48,666 bases of DNA from a virus (taxonomy: Duplodnaviria > Caudoviricetes): positions 1 through 48,666 of the IMG/VR virus record IMGVR_UViG_3300030372_001947; one strand, written 5' to 3'. Each line of letters starts with the position of its first letter. The first letter of the stretch is position 1. Positions 1-10,823 of the stretch are shown here, piece after piece. The notes below the pieces were generated by a model. It was not told the DNA's origin, did not search any database, and worked only from the letters and a program-made list of their open reading frames with translations. The position numbers were made by a program, and so were the translations under genes.

Positions 1-3000
1 AAAGTACCACCTATTGCCTTTAAAGCACCTTTACCGGGGAATGTATTGATTGCTGCTCCTAATACACTTGCCAACTCTTCACCGTTTTGACATCTTGTTC
101 CGTCTACAACTATGTATTCCATATCTACATCACTAGCGGTTAGAGCAGTTGAGTCATAAGAACTACCATCAGCGGCACCACTGTAAAGTAATTTAGTAGC
201 CAAAGGTGCTGCTACTCTGAATGCACTTGGGTTTAATTCTATTCCAGTAATACCCGCTTTAGCAACACGACTATTATCTGTAGGATGTGGAGGGTTTGCT
301 GTTATCTGATTATCTAACCAAGAACCACCGGGGTGATATCCACCGTCCATATGGAAACATAAATCCGCATTAGTTCTCATACCACTTGGTCCCATAAATA
401 TAGCATGTCTGCTTGGTTGTGCTGCACGGAAATCCTCAAAGACATCAGCACCTGATACAGCACTCTTGGATGCTTTAAACGCTAATGTAAACACATCCCC
501 ATACATATTACCTGATTCAGGTCTTTGTAGTAGAGTCTGAGACAATGGTTTACCAACAGGCGGCTCCCAATTGATAGTTTGTCTATAGTGGAAAGCATGC
601 CTTGTTGTTTGATAATCAGATGTTTTAGGCATGAAATGCCCTTTTTCATTGTCAATATGATTAGGGAATATAGGAGTACCACTATTGGCTGGCACACTAG
701 ACCAAGTATTACCAGTGGTAATTGCTTTACCGGGGTGAGGCTCTAATGTGTTATCAGGAGTAGCGTCTTCTTGTGAAAACGGGAATGCTTGCCCCGGTCC
801 GAATACAATATATGTTGTTTTATTATCAGTACCGTCTCTATGGTCTTGATATCTAGCAGTAGGGTGAGCGAATCTCAATAAGAAAGGCATTGGTTTTTGA
901 ACATGAACACCACTACTGTATGGTGTTTTATTAGGATGGGCATTGTTAATAGTACCCACTCCTCTATCTAAATCAGACGTTAGTACATTATCACGATTAA
1001 AAGTAGGTGACATTAAACTACCACGATGCTGATTTAAAAGAGCAGTACCGGGGAAGAAAGCCATAATAGCATTACAATCCACCATACCGAATGCTGTAGA
1101 GATTTCATTAGCATGTTGTACACCACTACAACCCGTAGGACCAGCGGCATAATGATGAGTATATGTTGATGAATAATCGTTATTAGTTCCGTCATTAATA
1201 TCTATAGTGACACCACTAAAACCACCACCGAAGAATAAAGGAACCCAGTGGTCTGTACTATCTCTACCACCATTGAATAATACTAATGGCTCAGAATGAA
1301 CACTACCTATAGACCTAAATCCTGCAAACAATTTACTTCGTTTTAAATCTCCATATTTCTGCACGACAGCATCTTTGTTACTATCGGCGCTAGGCCAGTC
1401 ATCACTAACAGTGTCTAAAATTGTTCTAAAAGTAGTAGTAGACGTTGCATTAGGAGTAACAGTAGTGTCATCGACTCCTTGTCTACCTGTCACTAATTTA
1501 GATTCTCCTTGGTAGTACATTGTTTCTATAGTACCGAAAGAAAGGACTCTCGCTTTGTTACTCGCCCCACTAGCGTTGTGAGCGTTAATATCAGCGGGTG
1601 TAGCGTCTTCACCAGCAGGTTTAGCAAACAAATACATGTTACCTGTTGTTAAACGTATATCTTCAGTAGCGCCACTTAAATGTATATCTTCTTTCTCAAT
1701 AATCATCGTAGGATTATTGATACAAGGTAAAATATGGTCTCCACTGTGTGATAAAAATCTTGAACCTATCAAATTACTTCTCCATGTTTCGGTGTCGATA
1801 GGTATATTTTTCGAGTCTACAATTACAGGAGTGGCCGTATTAGTGTTTGAACCTTTACCCTTGGTTTGAATTTGCATCATAGTGTACGGTATATACCCAC
1901 ATGCTACGTTAGCACCAGCATCTATGAAACTATCATGTGTTGCTTTATCCTGACCTAAACCGTTACCACCAACTAAAATTTCTCCATTTTGTATTTTTAA
2001 AACATCTAATTCACCATATTCGATATGTGCTGATTGTATAGCCATATCTCTGTGTATACTCGCACTAAAATATTTAGAAATAGGTTCTATTTTTTTAGTT
2101 ATATCATAAGCACGTATCCGAATAGAATCGGGCTTAACACCCCATTCTGCAAAAGTTCTTCCATCAGCAGCGTACATTTGCGTACAATCAAATGGGACAC
2201 CATCCTCTATATTCGGGTTGATTAAATTAATGGCAGCAGTGGTTACAGAGGTTATTAACTCGTCTGTAACTAAAGTTGTCCAGTTAGCGGTTGGTGTAAT
2301 CAATGCTGTGATTGTTACACTAGCACTACCAAAATTAGTGCTGTTTTGACAGGTATCAAATTCCGCACCCTCTACCCCATATAATTCAAAAGCACCATCA
2401 CTTACGCTTCTTGAAGTATAAGAATACATGTTACCATAATTACCTAACGCACCTGTATCATTGAATGGGTCACTAATTTGTATAACACCGTCTGTTAAAG
2501 GAAAGCCCATATAACCAGCGATATCGAAATGACCTAATGCTGAAGTATAAGGAGCAGTGGGTGTAATAGTTATTTTTTTATTTGTTTTATCATAAACCGC
2601 TGTACAATTATAAGCAGCGCTCGGAGTAGGCACACCTCTCCATTTATTACCTTTCCATGCTGCTAACGTAACCCCACTAGTAGGGTCTGCTGGAAAACCT
2701 CTACCTGTGGCATCACCCACACCATGCATGTGAGCACCAATTGTAAATCCACCTTCACTTACATCTCTATCATCGAAGAATATTGCTATTTCTTGATTTA
2801 TAGTATCAGGTAATTCAGTATTATCTAAAGCGAAAGAAGTGTTTATCTTTTTGTAAATATATCTAATTCCATATCCTTCACCTCTATGATTTGTTAATCT
2901 TAAACCATATATCGGAGTGTTACCCACTTCGGCCCTAGCAATTTGTGTAAAAGGAACATGTTGAGTGTATTGAGTTTCCACAGCACTAGTACCCGAGTTA

Positions 3001-6000
3001 ATTTGAGCGGCGCTCAAAGTGGATGTATTAAGAACATCTCCGTATCTATATTGAAATCTACCATCCCCGTTTCTACCAAAGCCCCATTTACCAGCATCGG
3101 GTGCAAAACCGGGGACACCAGCAGCAACTAATCCACCGAAGTTTACTCTACCTAGAGCATTAGTACCTGTTCTCAATCCTTTAACTAAAGAAGTAACAAA
3201 ACCTTCTGCTTCTAATGATTCTGTGTTTACTGTGTTATGTGACATTCCTGAACCACTTGTCATGGAAATCGCCCTTAAAACAGGATTAGAAAATGTACCA
3301 TAACTACTGGCTGGTGGTGAAAACTCACCAGTGGATTTTATTTCTTGAATTGATTCATCAGGTAATGTATACTGTTGTAAAGATGTTATAGGTGCAAAAG
3401 GTCTTCCGTGTTTATTAAGCGGCATCGGTGCAGGATGCATATTCTCACCGCTCATCTCATCAGGTTGACACCAAAATGTTCTGAATCTACCACCGTGTCC
3501 TATTAAGAATTCAGGTTCATAGGGGGCTTGTCCTGTGCTGTTATCTAACCAAACACAGAAATTACGACCAGTTGCACCGGGCACTGTGCTATGTATAATG
3601 ATAGAATGACCTGTATTACCATTAGCATCTTGTACGACTCTACCTAAATGTGCTCTTAGATACCCCATATGAGTCCCTTTATCATGACTATTGAATGCTT
3701 TATCTGTATCCCACCATACAGCGGGGTCAAAAGTAGAACCTGTAGCAGCGAAGTCAGCACTAGTATGAATATTAGCAGCATCCTCTTGAGTGCTACCGGG
3801 ATACTGAGTGTTAGGCCTTCTAATATGAGTTCTACCATTGGGTGCGGCTGCTTGGTTAATTAGCCTAACAGTTTCTCTCGCTGCTGCTTCAACGTCTGTA
3901 ACACCATCTCTTAAAGCAACTTCACCAAGGTCTATTGTTAGTCTACGAGTGAAATCCATATCCGTCCAGTGTTTTAGATGTCTCAACCTTGTTTCCGTAG
4001 AGTTAGTTAAATCTAAAGAAGAAGACCTTATTCCCTTTAAAGACAAGAAAGCGGGTATAACTCTTGTTCCATCAGGTGTATCAAATAAAGTAGAGGGGTC
4101 TCTGATATTACATCCCTCTTGGCTTTCTCTTGCTCTCATTAAAGCGTATGTGAAATAATCACTGGTAGAGCGGAATTTTCTCGAATAAAAGTGTTTTTCA
4201 TTAGCCCAATAAGGAATACACGTTGCCTCTTCTGTTCTAGGTAAAACACTATCTCCTAACGCTCTACCTCCGAAAGGTCCACCTGTATACAAACCAGTAT
4301 GCACAATATGACCGTGTGCCTTTCCGTACAAAACAGATTGACTAGTTTCCGCTAAAGAGTTAGATGTTAATGTAGCGGGTAAACTTCCCGTAACTGGTGA
4401 TAATAAATCACTTGTCATGTGATTTGCTATATCATGAGAATAAGCACTTTCAATGAAATAAGATTGCTGAGTTGGTCTCATGTATTTATTTTGTGTAGGG
4501 AATCCATTAGCAACATCTATTTGTGTGATAAAAGGATGTGCACTACCACCATTGTAAGTTAAACTATATTTACCTAAATCAATTTTATTAGCGATAAATC
4601 CTGTTAAACCACTACCAGTTGAATTCCATGATGAGTCTGTGTTAAATCTAGTATCATCGAGAATTAATGTAACTCTTTTAATATCAGTGCCTACTTTAAT
4701 CGCTTGACCAACAGATAATTCTTGTGTGAAAAGCGTACCAGTACCCAACACAGGACCAAAAGAGCCTGAAAATGTTTGTAATGTTCCAGTAATCGGAACA
4801 TCGAATTCAGTAGAATTAGCAGCGCCGATGTGTCTTTGCCATCCTATTTCTGTGACTTTAGCGCTAGTTTGTACTTGCATATGTAAATCTTGGAATGCGA
4901 TAAATTCACGGTCATGCGCCACATCATAGAGTAGAACACGAGCATGCCCTTCTGTTGCTAAATACGGGTCAACAAATGCGACCACTGGTGGATTGTCTAA
5001 CCCTAAACTAGCATAATTTAATTCTATTGTTTTATTGACATGTTGTGCATAATTTTCTGCTGTCTCTAAACAAGTATTACCGATTAAGAAGTTTTCTAGT
5101 GGTATACTACTTCTAGGCTCATCGGATAAAGCACCCTCACCACCATTGAAGGCGTTATATACTAAGCCTTCGTTTAACACACCTCTACTTTTAGCAAACA
5201 TTCCCTCTGTCGCATGAGGATTGTTGTAAACCATATTAGCCCATATTGTGTCTCCATGTCTCAAACCACCAGCGGCGTAAGGATATAACCAAGTTCTATT
5301 GAGTATGGCTTCGTCATCATTTGGAATTAAATCATGACATCCTACTCTTAAGTAATATTCAGTATCTGTAGAAGTATTAACATTGTTTACATCTAGTTGA
5401 TTAATGTAAGTGTTGAGAGTAGTCCTAGTAGCAGAAGGGATGTCTGCTGCAAAATTGATAGTGGTATAGGCTTGACCATCAACAAAACCTTCACTAATAC
5501 CACCAGTATTGGTAGTAGAAACCTGACCTAAGTAATACACTTTGGTAGCAACACTTGATGGACTAGCGGAGGCGTTATTAAAATCTTCAATATACACATG
5601 GTCTCCCGGTCTTACAGATAAACCGATATTATTCGCTTGTAAGGAATAATTAGTATCTGCTGTGGGAACACCATCTGTACCAGCACTTGCCACCCTTATA
5701 GATGTATTAGAGGGTATAGTGCTTGAACCACCAGCGGCCAAAACCCATGGTGACCTATCAAACGCTGGTCTAAATGTGTGAGATAAATTTGTTGTATCTT
5801 CTAAAGCAGTTAGCGCTTCACCTGCATCGGTTGTTTTACTTGTGTAAGTATTAAATCCACGTTGTTTTAATGTTATAGTTTCTCCTACAATATAATCTGC
5901 ATGAGTTGGATTAAGTAAATTAGGTAGCGTAGTTTCGTTTAAGCCTTGAACTAAGATTTGATTTTTATTAGTTTGAGGTGCTTCAACGCTAGTAGTGTAA

Positions 6001-9000
6001 TGATTGAACACACCATGTGAACCCCAGTAAATAAATTCTGTTTCAGTGCCAGCGTTAGGTAAAGTCACGGTTGCTTGATAGTGATAGTCGCCCATTTCGT
6101 AAGTTACATTATTAGTATCTCCATCTGCTAAATTAGTTACATTAGGAAATAAATCTACATCTTCTTCACTCAATGTAATCATAAATAAACCAGTATATGT
6201 ATTAGGAGCAGTTGCACTAGTGGTGGGTATTATAACGGGAGTGACATCTAAAATAGTACCCTGTGCCCTTTTATTTCTTACTCTAGGTGCATGAGGATTA
6301 GTAGAAGGTCCCGCTTTAAATTCAACAGCGCTCACATATTGTCTTAGTCCATAATCTATATTACCACCTTGTGTTTTTACACTAGACTGGTCAAAATAAT
6401 ATTCACTTCTTCTTTCGAAATCAGATGACGGTGTCATTCTATCGGAAGATATTGGTTTCAAACCTTCAGATGTATAACCATCTCCTATCATTAAAGACAT
6501 TCCTACTTCATGATTTTTTATAAAATTCTTACTACGTGCCCAAGCATCGTTTGCATCGTCTTCTATCTTAAGATACCCATCTGTAGCGGGTGCGTTAATG
6601 TAAATCACCCAATCTCCTGAAGGTAAGTAAGCACGTCTATAATTAACTACATTATCGACATTAGCGTAATCGGCTTGGGTGGTAATTGCTGCTGGAAATA
6701 TCTCAGGTTTATCTACATACAAACGATAATCACCGCTTGCATCTACCTTCATTCTTCTAACTATCTTAGCCTTTTTCGCTTGGCTACCTGCTTTAAGACT
6801 TTCACTATAACCAAATGCCGAAAAAGCATTACGGTCAGCAGGTGCAAATTCAGGATATCTTCTACCAACAGGGCTTGGATTCCAACTATGTGCTGTCATA
6901 GTTGTGTCTAAATGTAATTTTAAAGAATTATCAGGACCCGGTAAAATACCAGTAATACTGTCCTCAAAGAATTGTTCGTTGAATAAAGGTATCTCGACTA
7001 AAGCACGAGTAGATGCATATTGAGTTCCAAGTTGATAATCATGAGAAACTGTGTCCATGGATTGAAACATTCTGTCGTTGACAGTAGTTCCATCCATAGC
7101 CATGTTTTCTATGTAAAAATGCCCATCACCTAATATGGTTTCACTTAGTGAAAACACTTCAAATATAGGGTTGGTTAGAGATGCGGAAGTAGCCTCGGGA
7201 ACTAAACCAGTTGCTTGTATCCATGTTCTAAAATCACCAACTGGTGCGCCGCTACCTAAAACGAAATCACCATCACGTTGTGAATCATCAGTGTCTGTAA
7301 AGAAGAATGCAACGCCGTTTTTAGAAGTATACTTAGCATAAGCGCCGTCAGCGAGATATATTTTACCTTTCTTAGGGAATGGATAAGTACCCCAAGACGC
7401 TATGTCTGTTGATTGATTATTAAGAGGAGTGACCTCTATGTATTGAATTCTCGATGCTTTAGTACCATTACCGTCTACTCTAACTTTACTAGCAGCACAA
7501 GAGTGCCCTCTTCTAGTAGAGAATGGTAATCTCGAAAGAGGGCTAGGGTCGAATGTGGGTTTAGTGTCATAAGCACCTTGACCGGGTCCTCCTAATGTGA
7601 CAGATACGATAGGAGCATTAGGGTCTATTTCCTTAACAACATGTGAATCAGGACTACCTGAACCAATAGCATTTACATTCCTACTTAAAGCAGCATCGTT
7701 TATACCCACACAATTAATCACAGTGTTTCTAGTTCCATCTTCGTTTTCTATTTCCTCTACACTTCTCAACTTAGCACGACTCATCAACATCATTATACTT
7801 AGAATATTATTGTCTGTATTTCTATCAGCGGTTGTTCGTAAGTGCTGTAATTGCATAGTTCTAGTTCTATCTGAAGGTTGAACATAAAATCTGTAAATAG
7901 AATAACCTGTGAAAACAGCATGATTATCTATGATATCAAAGACTTCGTGTATAGGACTAGAAGAAGATGTAACTCCTATATCGAATTGTCCATCACTAGG
8001 AGAAGAATAATTAGTAAATGGTGCCACACGAGCGAATTTAGAGTCAGATAAACTTACATTAGAATTTACATTAGTGTCTATTAATAATTTATTAAATACA
8101 GATTTATGTGTGGTTTTTGTTGTTTGAGATGATGTTATGTTTTGAGGAGGAGTTCGACCTTCGTTAGATATACTAGTGTAATTCTGAGGGGTAAATACCT
8201 CATTTATTTCATCATCACTTTCATGCCCTTCGCTTGTATCGCCCACTAAACTATGAGTGAAGGCTTTCTCTCCCAAGTTACCGACTTTTTCGGTCCCTGT
8301 TTCTATAAAACCACCGGGGGAGTATAAAGTAGTGTCTTTAGAGGCATCCGCTAAATCTGCTACTATAACGTCCATTACATAAGTAGAACCTGTGAGAAGA
8401 TGTCCTGCGTCAGGAACTGTCTTTTCCACCATCAACATAGGTGTAGTTTTGTGCAACACAGCATCATCAGCAATAACAGTTAATGTACCGCCACCAATGG
8501 TAATAGATGTTGCACTACCTATAGCGGTCACGATTCCAATTAAGACACCAGTGCTTGTGTATACTTCATCTCCAACAGAAAATCTCAATCTTGCATCTGT
8601 CCCGTCTACTGTTATGGCCGATGTAGTGCCAGCGGAATAACCCCCGCCATTATTTATTAAAACACCAGTAGCGAAACCACCCATACTCAATCCTGTAAAG
8701 TCTAAAGCATTGTAATGAATTTCTACATAAGGCGCTAAATCATGAGTCGCTAAAGTGGGCACTGATAAAACAGCCACTCTGCTTTCACTGGATGGACGAA
8801 GATGATGTTTTCTTAAATTATCATCTATATCATTTAATCTTTCAGGAACAGGACCTTTTAACATAAAAGGAAAGGGGTCAAATGTTTTCAAAGCAGTAGC
8901 ATTTTTAGCACCTGTACCACCGATTGCTATCAATTTACGAGAGGTTGTTGTTAAACCATTATCTACTGCTTGAAAAGCCATAGAAGAGTTTACAACATTT

Positions 9001-10811
9001 GTAGCGGAAAATTGTGCTATTTCTCTATAATAATCTACTTTACTATTTATAGGGAATTGACTACCTATTCCCTTAGATGCCTCGTCATAAACTAAATTTA
9101 GAATATCAGCATTACCTAATTGTTGGTCTAAATTTTCCTCATTAGCACGAGGAGTCATACGGAGGTATTCATGACCATTGATATGATTGAGAGTATGCCT
9201 CCCTGAGTGCCCTGTAGAAAAAGAGTCAAATAAATTAGTAGGCCAGTAAACAGCAAATGGGTTATTGGTATCATATTCAAAACCCTGTTTAGTAATATTA
9301 GAACCTATGCCCGGAGACATACCTGTGCTCCTGTGTGTTTCAATAGACATACGACTAGAGAAAGCAAGACCGTGTTGATTGTTTTCAGTATCATCTAAAA
9401 TCATTTGACCTGTTCTATCTATTAATTGTGTAGATAAATGAGGCGGTTGAAAGGGCTGACCTGTTCTATTATCTATTAATAAATCACCACTAATTACTAC
9501 AAAATATAAGTCACCAACGGCCGCTGTTCTCGTAAAATTAGTAACACCGTGTAAAGCACCACGTAATCCGTTTCCTTTCCTAGATGTATTACCCGTGGGT
9601 TTATTGAACGGTAAACTCATATTTACACCCTGACCACCTATGGGAAATTCTAAATGTATACTAGATATCAATAACTGTCCCGTGGTGATATTAATACGAT
9701 GTAATCTAACTCTTTCAGGTGGAGACTTATTGGGTTTTTTAGTCGTTTGATGTATAGCACCGGGATTAATCAATAAGTTATACGGTACGTGTTCCACTTC
9801 ATGAGTAGTTTTACTACCCGGTGTCGTTTGAAAATCAACAACTTTGTATTTACCCGAAGAGTATGGTGACACTGTTAAATCGAGGTAAGTATCTGTCACC
9901 GTTTTACCCGCTAATTGATTTGCTAAAGTTTGAGCATTAGCGCTAGATATAGTTATAGTTGAAAGAGTTTTCTCATTAGTAGTCATTCCATCATCTGTGT
10001 AGGAAGATGAACCAAAGGCCCCAACACTACTAAAACTATACTCTCCTGTGATGGGCGCTATTGGCTCTTCAAATCTAAATAACGCTAGAGAATTATTGTT
10101 TACCAACGGTGGGTTTCTAGTTATCATTTCAGGATTAAAATTGGATGATATATGGATGCTTTCAATCACACCTCTAAACTGACCTCCTTTGCCACCAATA
10201 TACACATGTTCATCGGACTCTGTAATAGAATATTTTAGAGGTAATTTTTGTTGAGCCATTATTTCATTATTAACGTATAATCTAGCAGCACCTGATTCTA
10301 AAGTAGCGACTATATGAAAAAGAGGTCTTTGATTTAAATTTAAACTTGTAGCGTCATTTTTAGTGGGGTCGAATCTATTGTAAGAGTCGTCCACACCATC
10401 AAATGTATTGGGTGGATATACAGTTCCGTCATAACCGTTAGATGTCAATACAGCAGTGGTGAGATTAACCACCATTGGTCCTGTTTCTGCGTTTATGTTT
10501 ATACTAAATCTCGCTGGACCCGGTGTATCCACAGTGCCCATAGAAAGAGAAAATTGATTATCTTTAGAAACAATCACTCCCCCACAATCAGGAACAACCC
10601 AAGCCTCAATCGCTATCTTACTAGTTAATTTACCACCGATGACCGACACACCACGACTTCCTTGTGAAGAAGACGAAATAATATCAGAAGATTGATAGTC
10701 ACCATCGGCATTTTTTCTACCCACTTTTGTAAACAAACCTTGTGGAATAACCACACTATCAGAAACACCATCAAACTTTAAAGCGTGATTACTTTCTAAT
10801 ATTATGGGCAT
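1..10811 (-). CDS. Giant (>3600 aa, truncated by window edge) virion protein with N-terminal LamG/concanavalin-A-like domain; probable tail fibre/receptor-binding adhesin
   Basis: Not in ORF track, consistent with no stop inside the window. ATG at 10811 preceded by AGAGATGA. Manual translation MPIILESNHALKFDGVSDSVVIP...IAIEAWVVP...FHIVATL...ARLYVNNE...HVYIGG...FRGVIESIHIS shows LamG hallmarks. The same frame is open at spot checks near 8700, 7440, 2520 and 60. Lies downstream of tape measure and distal tail genes. Confidence 0.85.
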   Translation of the reverse strand, partial: MPIILESNHALKFDGVSDSVVIPQGLFTKVGRKNADGDYQSSDIISSSSQGSRGVSVIGGKLTSKIAIEAWVVPDCGGVIVSKDNQFSLSMGTVDTPGPARFSININAETGPMVVNLTTAVLTSNGYDGTVYPPNTFDGVDDSYNRFDPTKNDATSLNLNQRPLFHIVATLESGAARLYVNNEIMAQQKLPLKYSITESDEHVYIGGKGGQFRGVIESIHISSNFNPEMITRNPPLVNNNSLALFRFEEPIAPITGEYSFSSVGAFGSSSYTDDGMTTNEKTLSTITISSANAQTLANQLAGKTVTDTYLDLTVSPYSSGKYKVVDFQTTPGSKTTHEVEHVPYNLLINPGAIHQTTKKPNKSPPERVRLHRINITTGQLLISSIHLEFPIGGQGVNMSLPFNKPTGNTSRKGNGLRGALHGVTNFTRTAAVGDLYFVVISGDLLIDNRTGQPFQPPHLSTQLIDRTGQMILDDTENNQHGLAFSSRMSIETHRSTGMSPGIGSNITKQGFEYDTNNPFAVYWPTNLFDSFSTGHSGRHTLNHINGHEYLRMTPRANEENLDQQLGNADILNLVYDEASKGIGSQFPINSKVDYYREIAQFSATNVVNSSMAFQAVDNGLTTTSRKLIAIGGTGAKNATALKTFDPFPFMLKGPVPERLNDIDDNLRKHHLRPSSESRVAVLSVPTLATHDLAPYVEIHYNALDFTGLSMGGFATGVLINNGGGYSAGTTSAITVDGTDARLRFSVGDEVYTSTGVLIGIVTAIGSATSITIGGGTLTVIADDAVLHKTTPMLMVEKTVPDAGHLLTGSTYVMDVIVADLADASKDTTLYSPGGFIETGTEKVGNLGEKAFTHSLVGDTSEGHESDDEINEVFTPQNYTSISNEGRTPPQNITSSQTTKTTHKSVFNKLLIDTNVNSNVSLSDSKFARVAPFTNYSSPSDGQFDIGVTSSSSPIHEVFDIIDNHAVFTGYSIYRFYVQPSDRTRTMQLQHLRTTADRNTDNNILSIMMLMSRAKLRSVEEIENEDGTRNTVINCVGINDAALSRNVNAIGSGSPDSHVVKEIDPNAPIVSVTLGGPGQGAYDTKPTFDPSPLSRLPFSTRRGHSCAASKVRVDGNGTKASRIQYIEVTPLNNQSTDIASWGTYPFPKKGKIYLADGAYAKYTSKNGVAFFFTDTDDSQRDGDFVLGSGAPVGDFRTWIQATGLVPEATSASLTNPIFEVFSLSETILGDGHFYIENMAMDGTTVNDRMFQSMDTVSHDYQLGTQYASTRALVEIPLFNEQFFEDSITGILPGPDNSLKLHLDTTMTAHSWNPSPVGRRYPEFAPADRNAFSAFGYSESLKAGSQAKKAKIVRRMKVDASGDYRLYVDKPEIFPAAITTQADYANVDNVVNYRRAYLPSGDWVIYINAPATDGYLKIEDDANDAWARSKNFIKNHEVGMSLMIGDGYTSEGLKPISSDRMTPSSDFERRSEYYFDQSSVKTQGGNIDYGLRQYVSAVEFKAGPSTNPHAPRVRNKRAQGTILDVTPVIIPTTSATAPNTYTGLFMITLSEEDVDLFPNVTNLADGDTNNVTYEMGDYHYQATVTLPNAGTETEFIYWGSHGVFNHYTTSVEAPQTNKNQILVQGLNETTLPNLLNPTHADYIVGETITLKQRGFNTYTSKTTDAGEALTALEDTTNLSHTFRPAFDRSPWVLAAGGSSTIPSNTSIRVASAGTDGVPTADTNYSLQANNIGLSVRPGDHVYIEDFNNASASPSSVATKVYYLGQVSTTNTGGISEGFVDGQAYTTINFAADIPSATRTTLNTYINQLDVNNVNTSTDTEYYLRVGCHDLIPNDDEAILNRTWLYPYAAGGLRHGDTIWANMVYNNPHATEGMFAKSRGVLNEGLVYNAFNGGEGALSDEPRSSIPLENFLIGNTCLETAENYAQHVNKTIELNYASLGLDNPPVVAFVDPYLATEGHARVLLYDVAHDREFIAFQDLHMQVQTSAKVTEIGWQRHIGAANSTEFDVPITGTLQTFSGSFGPVLGTGTLFTQELSVGQAIKVGTDIKRVTLILDDTRFNTDSSWNSTGSGLTGFIANKIDLGKYSLTYNGGSAHPFITQIDVANGFPTQNKYMRPTQQSYFIESAYSHDIANHMTSDLLSPVTGSLPATLTSNSLAETSQSVLYGKAHGHIVHTGLYTGGPFGGRALGDSVLPRTEEATCIPYWANEKHFYSRKFRSTSDYFTYALMRARESQEGCNIRDPSTLFDTPDGTRVIPAFLSLKGIRSSSLDLTNSTETRLRHLKHWTDMDFTRRLTIDLGEVALRDGVTDVEAAARETVRLINQAAAPNGRTHIRRPNTQYPGSTQEDAANIHTSADFAATGSTFDPAVWWDTDKAFNSHDKGTHMGYLRAHLGRVVQDANGNTGHSIIIHSTVPGATGRNFCVWLDNSTGQAPYEPEFLIGHGGRFRTFWCQPDEMSGENMHPAPMPLNKHGRPFAPITSLQQYTLPDESIQEIKSTGEFSPPASSYGTFSNPVLRAISMTSGSGMSHNTVNTESLEAEGFVTSLVKGLRTGTNALGRVNFGGLVAAGVPGFAPDAGKWGFGRNGDGRFQYRYGDVLNTSTLSAAQINSGTSAVETQYTQHVPFTQIARAEVGNTPIYGLRLTNHRGEGYGIRYIYKKINTSFALDNTELPDTINQEIAIFFDDRDVSEGGFTIGAHMHGVGDATGRGFPADPTSGVTLAAWKGNKWRGVPTPSAAYNCTAVYDKTNKKITITPTAPYTSALGHFDIAGYMGFPLTDGVIQISDPFNDTGALGNYGNMYSYTSRSVSDGAFELYGVEGAEFDTCQNSTNFGSASVTITALITPTANWTTLVTDELITSVTTAAINLINPNIEDGVPFDCTQMYAADGRTFAEWGVKPDSIRIRAYDITKKIEPISKYFSASIHRDMAIQSAHIEYGELDVLKIQNGEILVGGNGLGQDKATHDSFIDAGANVACGYIPYTMMQIQTKGKGSNTNTATPVIVDSKNIPIDTETWRSNLIGSRFLSHSGDHILPCINNPTMIIEKEDIHLSGATEDIRLTTGNMYLFAKPAGEDATPADINAHNASGASNKARVLSFGTIETMYYQGESKLVTGRQGVDDTTVTPNATSTTTFRTILDTVSDDWPSADSNKDAVVQKYGDLKRSKLFAGFRSIGSVHSEPLVLFNGGRDSTDHWVPLFFGGGFSGVTIDINDGTNNDYSSTYTHHYAAGPTGCSGVQHANEISTAFGMVDCNAIMAFFPGTALLNQHRGSLMSPTFNRDNVLTSDLDRGVGTINNAHPNKTPYSSGVHVQKPMPFLLRFAHPTARYQDHRDGTDNKTTYIVFGPGQAFPFSQEDATPDNTLEPHPGKAITTGNTWSSVPANSGTPIFPNHIDNEKGHFMPKTSDYQTTRHAFHYRQTINWEPPVGKPLSQTLLQRPESGNMYGDVFTLAFKASKSAVSGADVFEDFRAAQPSRHAIFMGPSGMRTNADLCFHMDGGYHPGGSWLDNQITANPPHPTDNSRVAKAGITGIELNPSAFRVAAPLATKLLYSGAADGSSYDSTALTASDVDMEYIVVDGTRCQNGEELASVLGAAINTFPGKGALKAIGGT

Positions 10812-10823
10812 TAAATCATCTCT

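Noticed and set aside
482-8640. Short ORF-track entries in 1-10.8 kb (e.g. 482..697 -, 3656..3838 -, and several + strand ORFs)
   Set aside because: They are out-of-frame or antisense shadows of the giant minus-strand ORF and do not look protein-like.
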